Of a DNA stretch of 64,000 bases, positions 26,773 through 35,562 are shown in pieces. Source of the DNA: an uncultured Bacilli bacterium (GTDB taxonomy: Bacteria; Bacillota_I; Bacilli_A; RF39; UBA660). Location of the stretch: NCBI GenBank assembly GCA_944358535.1, contig CALVRH010000003.1, positions 6,252 to 70,251 on the forward strand. Direction: 5' to 3'. Position numbers and translations under genes: made by a program. The first letter of the stretch is position 1; each line of letters opens with the position of its first letter. The notes under the pieces are model-generated. The model worked only from the letters and a program-made list of their open reading frames with translations. It was not told the origin of the DNA and did no database searches.

Positions 26773-27393
26773 CTACACTCCTAATTCTATTAAGTTAAAC
26801 ATGTACATTGCCATAAAAATGGCACATAACACTATAATTATATTATAAACAATAGGATTTTTCAACATTTCTGGTAAGTGAACATTAATAAGGTCTAAAA
26901 ATTTATATATGAGAAATCCAAGGATTCCGCCAATGATATTTAAGATGATATCGTCAATATCAAATACTCTACCGATTAATAATTGTGTTGTTTCAATGGA
27001 AGCAGATACTAATAAGATTAAAAGAAAAGCCGATAGTGGTTTTTTTAGTTTGAGATAATAAGATACGAAAAATCCATAAGGAATAAACATGATGATATTT
27101 CCTAAAACGTTTTTTATGAATAATTTACTACCAAAGGAATATCTAAACATTTCTTTAAATGGAACAAAGTTAGAGCTAGACCAACCGACATCTTGAAAGG
27201 TTACGACATAGAACAAACACAATACGTAGATTATGAATATTAAAGCAAGAAGTTCTCTATATAAAATTATTTTTTGTTTATTTTTGATGAGATAAACTAG
27301 TCGCATGCTGATAGCAATAACACTACTAATTAGGATGGTTGGCCAAACCTCACCTAGTATTTCTAAAATACTACTTCTAATCAAGTACATCAC
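26773..27393 (-). CDS. VanZ-like membrane protein
   Basis: Polytopic protein with SIETTQLLIGRVFDIDDIILNIIGGILG, typical of the VanZ family. Confidence 0.7.
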   Translation of the reverse strand: MMYLIRSSILEILGEVWPTILISSVIAISMRLVYLIKNKQKIILYRELLALIFIIYVLCLFYVVTFQDVGWSSSNFVPFKEMFRYSFGSKLFIKNVLGNIIMFIPYGFFVSYYLKLKKPLSAFLLILLVSASIETTQLLIGRVFDIDDIILNIIGGILGFLIYKFLDLINVHLPEMLKNPIVYNIIIVLCAIFMAMYMFNLIELGV

Positions 27394-28538
27394 CCAATTT
27401 CTGCATAGTCAGTTATGTTTTCGTAAACTGCAAAAAACATTTCTACTTCTACTATACTCTCTTTTACGGTGCTTTTCAAATATTTGCTTCTAATGATGTA
27501 TTCTTCTTTGGATAAATTTTTTTTGATGTCGTTTTCAGCTTTTTGTTTAGCTTTATAAATTGCTTCTTCGACAGTTAGAATTTCGTCTTTAACTTTTGTT
27601 TCGGTTTGTTTTTGTTTGACTATTTTAAATGGAATTAGGTTATGTTTTAATATTTCTTTTTCTTCTATTTGCTTGGTTTTAAATTTATTAAATGTAAGTT
27701 CTAAAGTGTGATTTAAGAATTTTATAGCATAGACATTTTTTGTGTTTTTGGTTTTTGTTTCCTTAAAGGTAAATATGGGATATTCAGTTTTAGTGACATA
27801 CCAAACTTCAGCAAAGGCTTTACCTTCGGCCTTAACTTTACCTTTTACTTCATCGTTAAATATTAGTTCTCCACTAACAATTAAGTCTCCTTTTTTGACG
27901 TAGTCGTTCATATCTTTAACGATATCACCTTTTTCGGCGATGACTTTTTTTAAAACACCATCTTTTTTGGCAATGATGTTTCTAGGGGTATTATCATTAT
28001 CTTTTTTTACAATGGTTCTTTCTTCTACTCTGACGGTATATTTAGTTCCGTTTTCTTCGATTTCGAGCCATTCTATTTTGTCTTTATATTTATTTAAAAT
28101 ATTTTCTTTTATTTGACTTATTTTGCTATATGATTTTTTTAAGGAAAATGGTTTGATGTTTTCTTTTTTTAGTTCGGATAAAATTAGATTCCTAATATCT
28201 TTATTAGAATGAATGACTTCAACATTAAAGATTATATGGGTGAAGATTAGAAATATGATGAAGGCTATTACTGTTATAATGATTAAATGTCTAGAAATTT
28301 TTAATTTTCTTTTTATTTTAATTAAGCCAAAGACGTCTAGTTCGGTTACTTCATAGATACTTTTTATTTTTAAAACTGTTTCATAGTCTTTTTTATAAAT
28401 GATGATATCTACTTGATTTTTGTCAATGTATTTTAAAGATAAGATTTCGATTTTATTTGTTCTTAATTTTTTGATGAACCTATTTATGTTTTTCCCTTTG
28501 ATATTTAAGGAAATTTTACTTACTAATTTATCAATCAT
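27390..28538 (-). CDS. yqfD: Sporulation protein YqfD
   Basis: The size, a central TM, its position after yqfC, and the DGVLKKVIAEKGDIVKDMNDYVKKGDLIVSG beta-rich C-terminal half. Confidence 0.75.
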   Translation of the reverse strand: MIDKLVSKISLNIKGKNINRFIKKLRTNKIEILSLKYIDKNQVDIIIYKKDYETVLKIKSIYEVTELDVFGLIKIKRKLKISRHLIIITVIAFIIFLIFTHIIFNVEVIHSNKDIRNLILSELKKENIKPFSLKKSYSKISQIKENILNKYKDKIEWLEIEENGTKYTVRVEERTIVKKDNDNTPRNIIAKKDGVLKKVIAEKGDIVKDMNDYVKKGDLIVSGELIFNDEVKGKVKAEGKAFAEVWYVTKTEYPIFTFKETKTKNTKNVYAIKFLNHTLELTFNKFKTKQIEEKEILKHNLIPFKIVKQKQTETKVKDEILTVEEAIYKAKQKAENDIKKNLSKEEYIIRSKYLKSTVKESIVEVEMFFAVYENITDYAEIG

Positions 28539-28780
28539 TGAAATTCGATGTTTTTGATTTTCCCTAAGATTAAAAGTTCATCATTGAGTAATTTTGAGAT
28601 TGTTAGGTCTTCTCCTTTTATGATGACTAGACCATTTTGAAATCTGACAATAATTTTGGTATCGTCAAAATGATCAATTTCGCTATAGTTTACAATGTCT
28701 ATTCGGTCAGTTAAGATAGTTATTTTAAATTTATCTTCTAAAATATAACTGCGAAGATTATTCAACATGATATCACCCAT
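28535..28780 (-). CDS. yqfC: Sporulation protein YqfC
   Basis: 81 aa. GLVIIKGEDLTISKLLNDELLILGKIKNIEF matches the YqfC signature. It overlaps the yqfD start. Confidence 0.75.
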   Translation of the reverse strand: MGDIMLNNLRSYILEDKFKITILTDRIDIVNYSEIDHFDDTKIIVRFQNGLVIIKGEDLTISKLLNDELLILGKIKNIEFQ

Positions 28781-28944
28781 ATAATTTTATGGGGATGAGT
28801 TTTTAAATATACTAATAAATAGTTATTATTTCGTCATAAACATGTAATTTATAAGTCATTTTTATCACCTAAGTATATTTTAAAATACATTAGTTATAAA
28901 AAATGTCAAAAAAAAGCAATTTTATTTGCTTTTTAAAATTTATC

Positions 28945-29832
28945 TTATTTTTTATCTTTAAACATTTCCGAAATTGTCGTTCCTAGAGTGGCTAAGTCTT
29001 GCAGGTTAGATGGAACGATTATTTTAGTTGCTTGGCCATTAGCCATTTTAGCTAGAGCATCAAAGCTTCTTAGGGTTAAGACTGATTTATCAGCACCAGC
29101 TTCTTTTAAGTTTTTAATAGCAGTAGCCTCGGCTTCACTACGCTTTAGGATGGCTTCAGCTTCACCTTCGGCCTTTTTAATTTGCGCTTCTTTAGCTGCT
29201 TCTGCCTCTAAAATCAAGCTCTCTTTTTGTCCTTCGGCAATTAATACACTTGATTTCTTTTCACCTTCGGCTTGCAAGATTTTTTCTCTTCTTTCTCTTT
29301 CAGCGCGCATTTGTTTTTCCATTGCTTCTTGAATATCATGAGGTGGCAAGATGTTTTTAACTTCGACACGGTTGATTTTAATTCCCCATGGATCTGTTGC
29401 TTCATCTAGGATTGAACGCATTTTTGAATTTATAATGTCTCTTGATGTTAAAGTTTGATCTAATTCTAATTCACCTATAATATTTCTTAGGGTTGTGGCA
29501 GTTAGGTTTTCAATAGCGCTTATTGGATTTTCAACACCGTATGTATATAATTTTGGATCGGTTATTTGAAAGTATACAACGGTATCGATTTGCATAGTAA
29601 CATTATCTTTGGTAATTACTGGTTGCGGTGGGAAATCTTTAACTTTTTCTTTTAGACTAATTACTCCAGCTATTCTATCAACAAATGGAATTTTTACATG
29701 AAGTCCGTTAGCCCAGGTTGTGTAATAAGAACCTAATCTTTCAATGATATAACATTTTGATTGTGGCACTACTTTTATATTTGGTATGACAATAAATAAT
29801 ACTAATACTAAAATAACGATAAATACTGACAT
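28945..29832 (-). CDS. SPFH/Band 7 (stomatin-like) membrane protein
   Basis: The SPFH core (TKDNVTMQIDTVVYFQI, LRNIIGELELDQTL) followed by an Ala/Glu-rich coiled coil. It is paired with NfeD. Confidence 0.85.
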   Translation of the reverse strand: MSVFIVILVLVLFIVIPNIKVVPQSKCYIIERLGSYYTTWANGLHVKIPFVDRIAGVISLKEKVKDFPPQPVITKDNVTMQIDTVVYFQITDPKLYTYGVENPISAIENLTATTLRNIIGELELDQTLTSRDIINSKMRSILDEATDPWGIKINRVEVKNILPPHDIQEAMEKQMRAERERREKILQAEGEKKSSVLIAEGQKESLILEAEAAKEAQIKKAEGEAEAILKRSEAEATAIKNLKEAGADKSVLTLRSFDALAKMANGQATKIIVPSNLQDLATLGTTISEMFKDKK

Positions 29833-29833
29833 A

Positions 29834-30259
29834 TTATTCTCCTATCTTTTCGACTTTTATTTTTACCCCTTTTATTTCTAACACTTTAACTAAATTACCT
29901 TGTTGAATTGTTTTATCAGCAAAGGCGGTCCATCTTTTACCATCAACTTTAACTTCGCCATTTTCATTTTTACTTATTTTTTCAGTGACAACACCAGTCA
30001 TACCAATAATTCTATCTATATTGGTATGTATTTTGTGTTGTTTAATGAATTTGGTTAAAAATGGCTTGGTGGTAATTAATAATATGACGCCGGCAACAAC
30101 AAATGTACCAAATTGAAGTAAATAGTTGTCGACAAATAATGATATTATTAAAGCTAATATACCGCTTGCAACAAACCAGATGGTTGTTAAATTGACTGTT
30201 GTGATTTCAATTAAAGCGAGTAAAATAACGATTATTAACCATACTACCCATTGTTCCAA
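29834..30259 (-). CDS. NfeD-family membrane protein
   Basis: Three TM segments plus a C-terminal OB-like GEVKVDGKRWTAFAD...VKVLEIKGVKIKV. Confidence 0.8.
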   Translation of the reverse strand: MEQWVVWLIIVILLALIEITTVNLTTIWFVASGILALIISLFVDNYLLQFGTFVVAGVILLITTKPFLTKFIKQHKIHTNIDRIIGMTGVVTEKISKNENGEVKVDGKRWTAFADKTIQQGNLVKVLEIKGVKIKVEKIGE

Positions 30260-30374
30260 ACTTATCGCCTCCTACTTATATAGTATAGCATAGTGACTAT
30301 TAAATTACAATAAAAGCTCCGAAAAAGTTATTCGGTGCTTTTGTTTTATTTACATAAATATTTGCGTAAAATTA

Positions 30375-32000
30375 TTATCTTGTTCTTCCTTTGACTTGTT
30401 CTTGAGTTTCAGTCATTGGCTGGGTGTTAAGACTATTTAAATAAGATGAAAGGTCAAATTGATTATTATTTAAACTAGTTTGTTCTTTAGGTTGACTATC
30501 TTGTGGTATAAATGAATTTGTCTCTTCAATAATAGGTGACGTTTTCCAATTAGCTGTTACTTCATCATTAGAGGCAGTAAGTGTACCTGGATAATCTGGA
30601 TTTGTTGATTCTAAAATTATATTACCATTATTTATTTTAGTATCATCAAAGTCTGATATTTCATCGACTAATGATGATTCTTCTACTTGTGGCTCTACTG
30701 TAGTTGTTTCTTCTTTAGGCTCTACGGTGGTTGATGGCTTTTCTACATGTTTAGATGCTTTTTGTTCTGAATTAGCTTTGCGCTTTTTAGCAAATTCTGC
30801 CTCTTCTTCTTTAAGAATGTCGTCAACTCTTTTTTTTGAATCGAAGTTAGAATCAGCTTTTTTTGGAGCTAATTGTACGATGATTTCATCCATTTCGTCT
30901 ATTTTGGCATTAGCTTTATCACTTTCATTATTTAAAGTTCTTAGACTAGAACCAGCTCTTTGGTTTTGTTTATTTAAATCAACATTTTCAGCTTCAAGCC
31001 TAGCAATATCATCTTTTTCATTTCTGATAGTTTCTCTATTTTCTTTAACTCTTTCTCTTCTGCCTTCAATTTCTCTATTTAATTTATCTTTCTCGATTTG
31101 ACGTTCAGCCTCTTCAGCTTGAGTAATCCTTTTAATGGTTTGTGCTTCTTCAAGTCTAACACTTATAAAGCGTTCTTCAGTAAGCAATTCGCCAGTTTTT
31201 GTTTTATTTTCTCTTTCTTCATCAGAAAATGAATTATAATAATCTTCCCAAGTGTTAAAGCTTATTAAATCTCCATATTTCTCATTTAAATCTTTTAATG
31301 TTTCAGGATCTGATTTTTTAGGCTCATCTATTTGGTTTGCCTCCTTTATATCATTCCTTTTAGCTGGTATAATATGCAAATTTATTGGAATTGCAGTTTT
31401 AGCTGGTTTTGCTTTATCCATTATATCATCTTTACTTACACGTTTACCAGAAATAACTTTTTTAGAAGTATTTTCAGTTTCTTTATCGTTGTTTTCTACA
31501 TTCTCTTTTTCATCTTGTTCATCTTTATTTTTTATAAAACTATTTATGATATTTCCAAAAATTGTTTTATGTTCAGTTGGTTCATCGATTTTGCCTTTTT
31601 CTTTATCATCTTGCTCTGTTGTTTCAGCAGCTTGCTCAGGTTCCTCGCTTTGACTATTTGGAAGTGCTGATTCAGGTTCGATAGTTGTTTCTGTTTTAAT
31701 AGATGGTTCCTCATTTTGAATATTTGTAAGTGCCGGTTCTGTTTCGATAATTGGCACTGTTTTAATAGAAGGTTCTACAGTAGAAGATTTTTCTATTGTT
31801 GGCGCTTCTTCTAAAGCGCTTATAACTTTTTTTAAGGCTTTGACAACTACAAATTTCACACTTGGAATATGCATTGTGTCTCTTTTTTCTTTAAGAGCTG
31901 TAGCAATCTTTCTAAAGGCATTAGTAAATTTAGATTTTATGTTTATTTTTCTATCTTCATTTAAGTCCGCTTGAATTTGATCCATTTCCATTTTAATCAC
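30375..32000 (-). CDS. Hypothetical acidic repeat / coiled-coil protein
   Basis: 541-aa ORF translationally coupled (ATGA overlap) to the upstream DUF1292 gene. It has a 22-aa tandem repeat, a long E/K coiled coil, and no catalytic motif. Confidence 0.5.
   Translation of the reverse strand: MIKMEMDQIQADLNEDRKINIKSKFTNAFRKIATALKEKRDTMHIPSVKFVVVKALKKVISALEEAPTIEKSSTVEPSIKTVPIIETEPALTNIQNEEPSIKTETTIEPESALPNSQSEEPEQAAETTEQDDKEKGKIDEPTEHKTIFGNIINSFIKNKDEQDEKENVENNDKETENTSKKVISGKRVSKDDIMDKAKPAKTAIPINLHIIPAKRNDIKEANQIDEPKKSDPETLKDLNEKYGDLISFNTWEDYYNSFSDEERENKTKTGELLTEERFISVRLEEAQTIKRITQAEEAERQIEKDKLNREIEGRRERVKENRETIRNEKDDIARLEAENVDLNKQNQRAGSSLRTLNNESDKANAKIDEMDEIIVQLAPKKADSNFDSKKRVDDILKEEEAEFAKKRKANSEQKASKHVEKPSTTVEPKEETTTVEPQVEESSLVDEISDFDDTKINNGNIILESTNPDYPGTLTASNDEVTANWKTSPIIEETNSFIPQDSQPKEQTSLNNNQFDLSSYLNSLNTQPMTETQEQVKGRTR
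31644..31775 (-). repeat. Two tandem 66-nt (22-aa) coding repeats inside 30375..32000
   Basis: EPSIKTVPIIETEPALTNIQNE followed by EPSIKTETTIEPESALPNSQSE. The DNA copies are offset by exactly 66 nt. Confidence 0.85.
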
Positions 32001-32275
32001 TCCTCGTTTCTAATAATTTCACGCATTACTTCTTTGACTTCTTTCCATTCATCATCTGGAATTTTGTCTAATTGATAACCCTTTTCATTTTCATTTAATA
32101 TAGCTGCATGTATTGTTTCCATATCATTAGCATCAATCTCATTAAAGGTGTATAAAATATATTTTTTCCCAGTTTTTTCTAGTTCAAAACATAGTAAGAT
32201 TTCAGCTTCTACTTCTTCTCCACTTGGTTTTTTTACTTTAAGAATTTGTTTTGTATCCATACAAACCCCCTCCAT
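31997..32275 (-). CDS. DUF1292-family small protein
   Basis: GEEVEAEILLCFELEKTGKKYILYTF...DDEWKEVKEVMREI is typical of DUF1292. The promoter TTGTCA-N17-TATAAT lies just upstream on the minus strand (-10 at 32291-32286). Confidence 0.7.
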   Translation of the reverse strand: MEGVCMDTKQILKVKKPSGEEVEAEILLCFELEKTGKKYILYTFNEIDANDMETIHAAILNENEKGYQLDKIPDDEWKEVKEVMREIIRNEE

Positions 32276-32426
32276 TCTAACAATAATTATAGCATACGCT
32301 TTTTAGATTGACAATGTTTTTTGTCAATCACTTTACTTTTTTTGGACAGTTTTTATTTTTTTTATTTTTTTATGATTCAATTTTATTATAGTTTATGTTT
32401 TATGACGAATTTTGCGGAATTTTGTC

Positions 32427-33089
32427 TTAATTATAAATTATTTGAGCTTTACCACCACAGTATGTGTTTATTAAGTCGATTATTTCACTGGCGACTTCTA
32501 TTAAGTATTCGGCACTGGTGTTTTCATTTCCTTCGATGATAATTAAAATATTTTTTGTATTATCATCTACTTTTGTATTGGGATTTTGATCGATTTCTAA
32601 TCTTTGAACTATATTTTTTTTATCTTTACATATATATTCGTTTGGACCAGTTATTTTTGTTTCACTATTTTTACTTATATATGCTTCACTTTTTTTACTT
32701 ATGGTTAAAGTGAGGTTTCCAGTTATCTTATCTTTATCATAAATAAATATTGGTAATCTAGAATCTAGGATAACAATATTATATAGGTTAATTAATTTGT
32801 TTTCAGACGGTAATTTTTCACTTTTTAAAAACATTTTTAAAAGTAGCTCATTAATTGGTGTATGTTTTCTTCTTTTAACACCAATTTTTTTATGAATATT
32901 ATTAAATCCTCTTAGAATTAAATCGGTTTCTATGTCAAAGTTTTTATATTTCTTTTTTAAGGCAGTGTAAGCAGTTTTTTGAAAGTTTAAGAATTTTTTT
33001 GTTTGTGTTTTAATATCAATATCATCGATGGTAATGGCTACAATTTTTAGTCCTAAATCCAAAACTTCTCGGCTGACGCTGAATGTCAT
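32427..33089 (-). CDS. B3/B4 (PheT-like) tRNA-binding-domain protein
   Basis: 220 aa. The overall layout resembles stand-alone B3_4 domain proteins, a recognition-level call. It has its own promoter TTGAAA-N17-TATAAT (33152-33124) and an unusually G-rich RBS, AAGGGGGG. Confidence 0.45.
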   Translation of the reverse strand: MTFSVSREVLDLGLKIVAITIDDIDIKTQTKKFLNFQKTAYTALKKKYKNFDIETDLILRGFNNIHKKIGVKRRKHTPINELLLKMFLKSEKLPSENKLINLYNIVILDSRLPIFIYDKDKITGNLTLTISKKSEAYISKNSETKITGPNEYICKDKKNIVQRLEIDQNPNTKVDDNTKNILIIIEGNENTSAEYLIEVASEIIDLINTYCGGKAQIIYN

Positions 33090-33160
33090 ATATACCCCCC
33101 TTATTTTAATTATTTTATTTAATTATACAGCCTTTTTCATAAAGTTTCAATATAAACGCC

Positions 33161-33249
33161 AAAAGAAGCCAAATGGCTTCTTTTCAGGGGGTTGGTTAGC
33201 TACTCTTTAGGTAATAAGTAGCTGGCATAGATTACCTTTACCTATGCAT
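33161..33249 (-). ncRNA. Candidate small RNA (about 89 nt) with a C-rich single-stranded motif, downstream of recG
   Basis: Promoter TTGACA (33283-33278) - N17 - TATACT (33260-33255). The RNA reads AUGCAUAGGUAAAGGUAAUCUAUGCCAGCUACUUAUUACCUAAAGAGUAGCUAACCAACCCCCUGAAAAGAAGCCAUUUGGCUUCUUUU. It has two hairpins, an unpaired CCCCC and a GAAGCC/GGCUUC terminator with a U4 tail. No ORF. Confidence 0.4.
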
Positions 33250-33317
33250 TAAAAAGTATATTGTTTTTAAAGATTATTGTCAATATTTTTTTGGTGATTT
33301 TTGTATACTTTACACAT

Positions 33318-35300
33318 TTAATCTAAATTTGTAGATTCGTTAATTTTATTTTTGATATAACTATATTTTTCGAGTTTATATTCTTTATTTTTTAGGAAGT
33401 ACTGGCTATCTTCTTTGGCTTTTAATAATAAATCGTAATCGTTTTTAATATCGGCAAGTTTAAAGTTCATGTCCCCACTTTGCCTTAGACCAAAGATATC
33501 GCCACCTCCTCTTAGTTTGAAGTCTTCTTCGCTGACTTTAAAACCGTCGTTTGTTTTGGTTAGAACTTCTAGTCTTTTTGTTTCTTTGTCACTAATTAAA
33601 ATACAGTAACTATCTAAGTCGTTTCTACCTACTCTTCCTCTTAATTGATGAAGAGCAGAAAGGCCAAAGCGGAAGCTATCAAATATGACAATCATAGTGG
33701 CATTAGCAACATCGACTCCAACTTCAATGACGGTTGTACTGATTAGAATTTGTATTTTGTTTTGTTTGAATGCATCCATGACCTTTTCTTTTTCTTGATT
33801 AGTCATTTTACCATGCATAATACCAATATGGCATATTTTACCGAAAGCTTTTTGCATTTTTTCTTCTAACTTATAAATGTTTTCAAGGTCAATTTTATCA
33901 CTTTCTTCGATTAAAGGGGCGATGACATATATTTGATGATGGGCTTTGATTTGATCTAACATCATATATAGAACATCTTTAATTTCTTTATTTGTTTTAA
34001 CGTACGTTTTGACGGGTTTACGACCACTTGGCATGGTTCTAATACTTGATATATCCATGTCACCATATAGGGTTAAAGCATAGGTTCTTGGAATTGGGGT
34101 AGCACTCATGTATAATATGTCTGGAGTGATACCTTTATTTTTTAGGTTACCTCTTTGAGCTACACCAAAGCGATGTTGTTCATCAGTTATTACAAGACCT
34201 AAGTTATTATATTTAACATCTTCACTGATAAGTGCATGAGTTCCGATGATGATGTCTGCTTTTCCTTCTTCAATCTGTTTTTTGATTTCTCTTTTTTCTT
34301 TGGCTTTTAATTTGCCGGTTAATAAGACGGTGTTTAAGTTTGGGAAAAATTTGATAAAGTTGGTATAGTGCTGGGAGGCTAGTATTTCAGTTGGGGCCAT
34401 TAATGCTCCTTGATATCCACCTAAATAATTTATATACAAACTGATGAATGAGACGATTGTTTTTCCACTACCGACATCACCTTGCAAAAGCCTATTCATT
34501 CTTCTTGGGCTAGTTAGATCATCATATATATCTTTAACGGAAATTAACTGGTCTTTGGTTAGTTTGAAAGGAAGTTTTTGAATAAAGTCTTCAATTTTTG
34601 CATAAGGTACTTGTCTAGTTAGGCCATTATCTTTTTTTTTGGTGTTTTTCAGATTATTTATTTTAAGCATAAATGTAAATAGCTCTTCATATTTTAAAAG
34701 GTCTAAGGCTTTTTTTAGTTCTTCTTTGTTTTTTGGATTATGAGCAATATTAACAGCTTTGTTTTTATCTATGAAGTGATATTTATCTATTAGGTATTCT
34801 GGAAGAAAATTTGGAATAGTTATTTTTTTTAAGGCTGAGTTTATGATTTTTGAGATTTTAGTACTGTTTATTTTAAAAGATGAGTGATATATTGGTTCTA
34901 TTAAGGTTTTATCTATAAGTCCAAATTTGATATCGCTAGCGGTAATACTATTATGTTTTTTATCAAATTTTCCAATGACGGTGATTTGTGAACCGATTAA
35001 CAGTTTGCTTTTTAAAAAAGCACGATTGAAAATGGTGACATTAGTGATGAAAGAGCCTATGTTTAGGTGGAAACTCATTTTATTTAATTTACGATTAAAA
35101 TGAAAAACTGAAGGAATATTTTCTAGGATGCCACCAATGATTATTTTATCGCCATCATTTATGGTTTTGAGATCTGAATTTTCAATGATTTCATATCTAA
35201 ATGGATAATATTCGACTAGGTCTTTTACGGTGTATATACCTAGTTCATTTAAATATTTCGTTGTGGTAAGTCCTAGTCCTTTGATATCTTGCAATTGCAT
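33318..35300 (-). CDS. recG: ATP-dependent DNA helicase RecG
   Basis: Wedge/OB N-terminus, Walker A GDVGSGKT, DEQHRFG, and LHQLRGRVGR. Confidence 0.95.
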   Translation of the reverse strand: MQLQDIKGLGLTTTKYLNELGIYTVKDLVEYYPFRYEIIENSDLKTINDGDKIIIGGILENIPSVFHFNRKLNKMSFHLNIGSFITNVTIFNRAFLKSKLLIGSQITVIGKFDKKHNSITASDIKFGLIDKTLIEPIYHSSFKINSTKISKIINSALKKITIPNFLPEYLIDKYHFIDKNKAVNIAHNPKNKEELKKALDLLKYEELFTFMLKINNLKNTKKKDNGLTRQVPYAKIEDFIQKLPFKLTKDQLISVKDIYDDLTSPRRMNRLLQGDVGSGKTIVSFISLYINYLGGYQGALMAPTEILASQHYTNFIKFFPNLNTVLLTGKLKAKEKREIKKQIEEGKADIIIGTHALISEDVKYNNLGLVITDEQHRFGVAQRGNLKNKGITPDILYMSATPIPRTYALTLYGDMDISSIRTMPSGRKPVKTYVKTNKEIKDVLYMMLDQIKAHHQIYVIAPLIEESDKIDLENIYKLEEKMQKAFGKICHIGIMHGKMTNQEKEKVMDAFKQNKIQILISTTVIEVGVDVANATMIVIFDSFRFGLSALHQLRGRVGRNDLDSYCILISDKETKRLEVLTKTNDGFKVSEEDFKLRGGGDIFGLRQSGDMNFKLADIKNDYDLLLKAKEDSQYFLKNKEYKLEKYSYIKNKINESTNLD

Positions 35301-35371
35301 TTTTTATCCTCCTTTTTAATTTTTTTATAAAAACCTATTGACATATTTTAATTTTCTGATATTATATATAA

Positions 35372-35472
35372 CACCAATTCAATTTTAGTTGAATTGGCGC
35401 TAGTGTAAACTAGCCAGCCCCTTTTTATTCTTTTATTTGGAACAGTCCTTCAGGGGGAACTGTTCCTTTTTT
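35372..35472 (+). ncRNA. Candidate small RNA (about 100 nt) with a C-rich single-stranded motif, divergent from recG
   Basis: Promoter TTGACA (35338-35343), 16-nt spacer, extended -10 TGaTATTAT (35357-35365). Hairpin CCAATTCAA/TTGAATTGG (35374-35397). Hairpin GCTAGT-GTAA-ACTAGC (35399-35414). Unpaired CAGCCCCUUUUU. Terminator GGAACAGT/ACTGTTCC (35439-35466) plus T6. No ORF and no downstream plus-strand gene. Confidence 0.45.
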
Positions 35473-35562
35473 GTTTTCTACAATAATTATACAAGATTTT
35501 TGATGATTTTCTTTTTTTATTTTAGAAAAAAAACAGATTTCTCTGATTTTTTAAAATAAGTG

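Noticed and set aside
28988-29332. Plus-strand 114-aa ORF inside the SPFH gene
   Set aside because: It is antisense to the Ala/Glu-rich coiled coil of the SPFH protein. The Ala/Ser-rich translation is the expected mirror artefact.
30727-31670. Three plus-strand ORFs (30727..31101, 31252..31653, 31332..31670) antisense to the acidic 541-aa gene
   Set aside because: These are Ser/Phe/Leu-rich mirror translations of an E/K-rich gene. They overlap each other in different frames and have no RBS.
32321-33210. Plus-strand ORFs 32321..32539 and 33028..33210 around the B3/4-domain gene
   Set aside because: They overlap the minus-strand gene ends and the intergenic promoter and terminator DNA. They have hydrophobic low-complexity products and no RBS.
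35439-35472. Interpreting the GGAACAGT/ACTGTTCC hairpin as the pdp terminator or a recG attenuator on the minus strand
   Set aside because: On the minus strand the hairpin is followed by AAAUAAAAG, not a U-tract. The U6 tract and the consensus promoter are both on the plus strand. Minus-strand read-through from pdp into recG remains possible.
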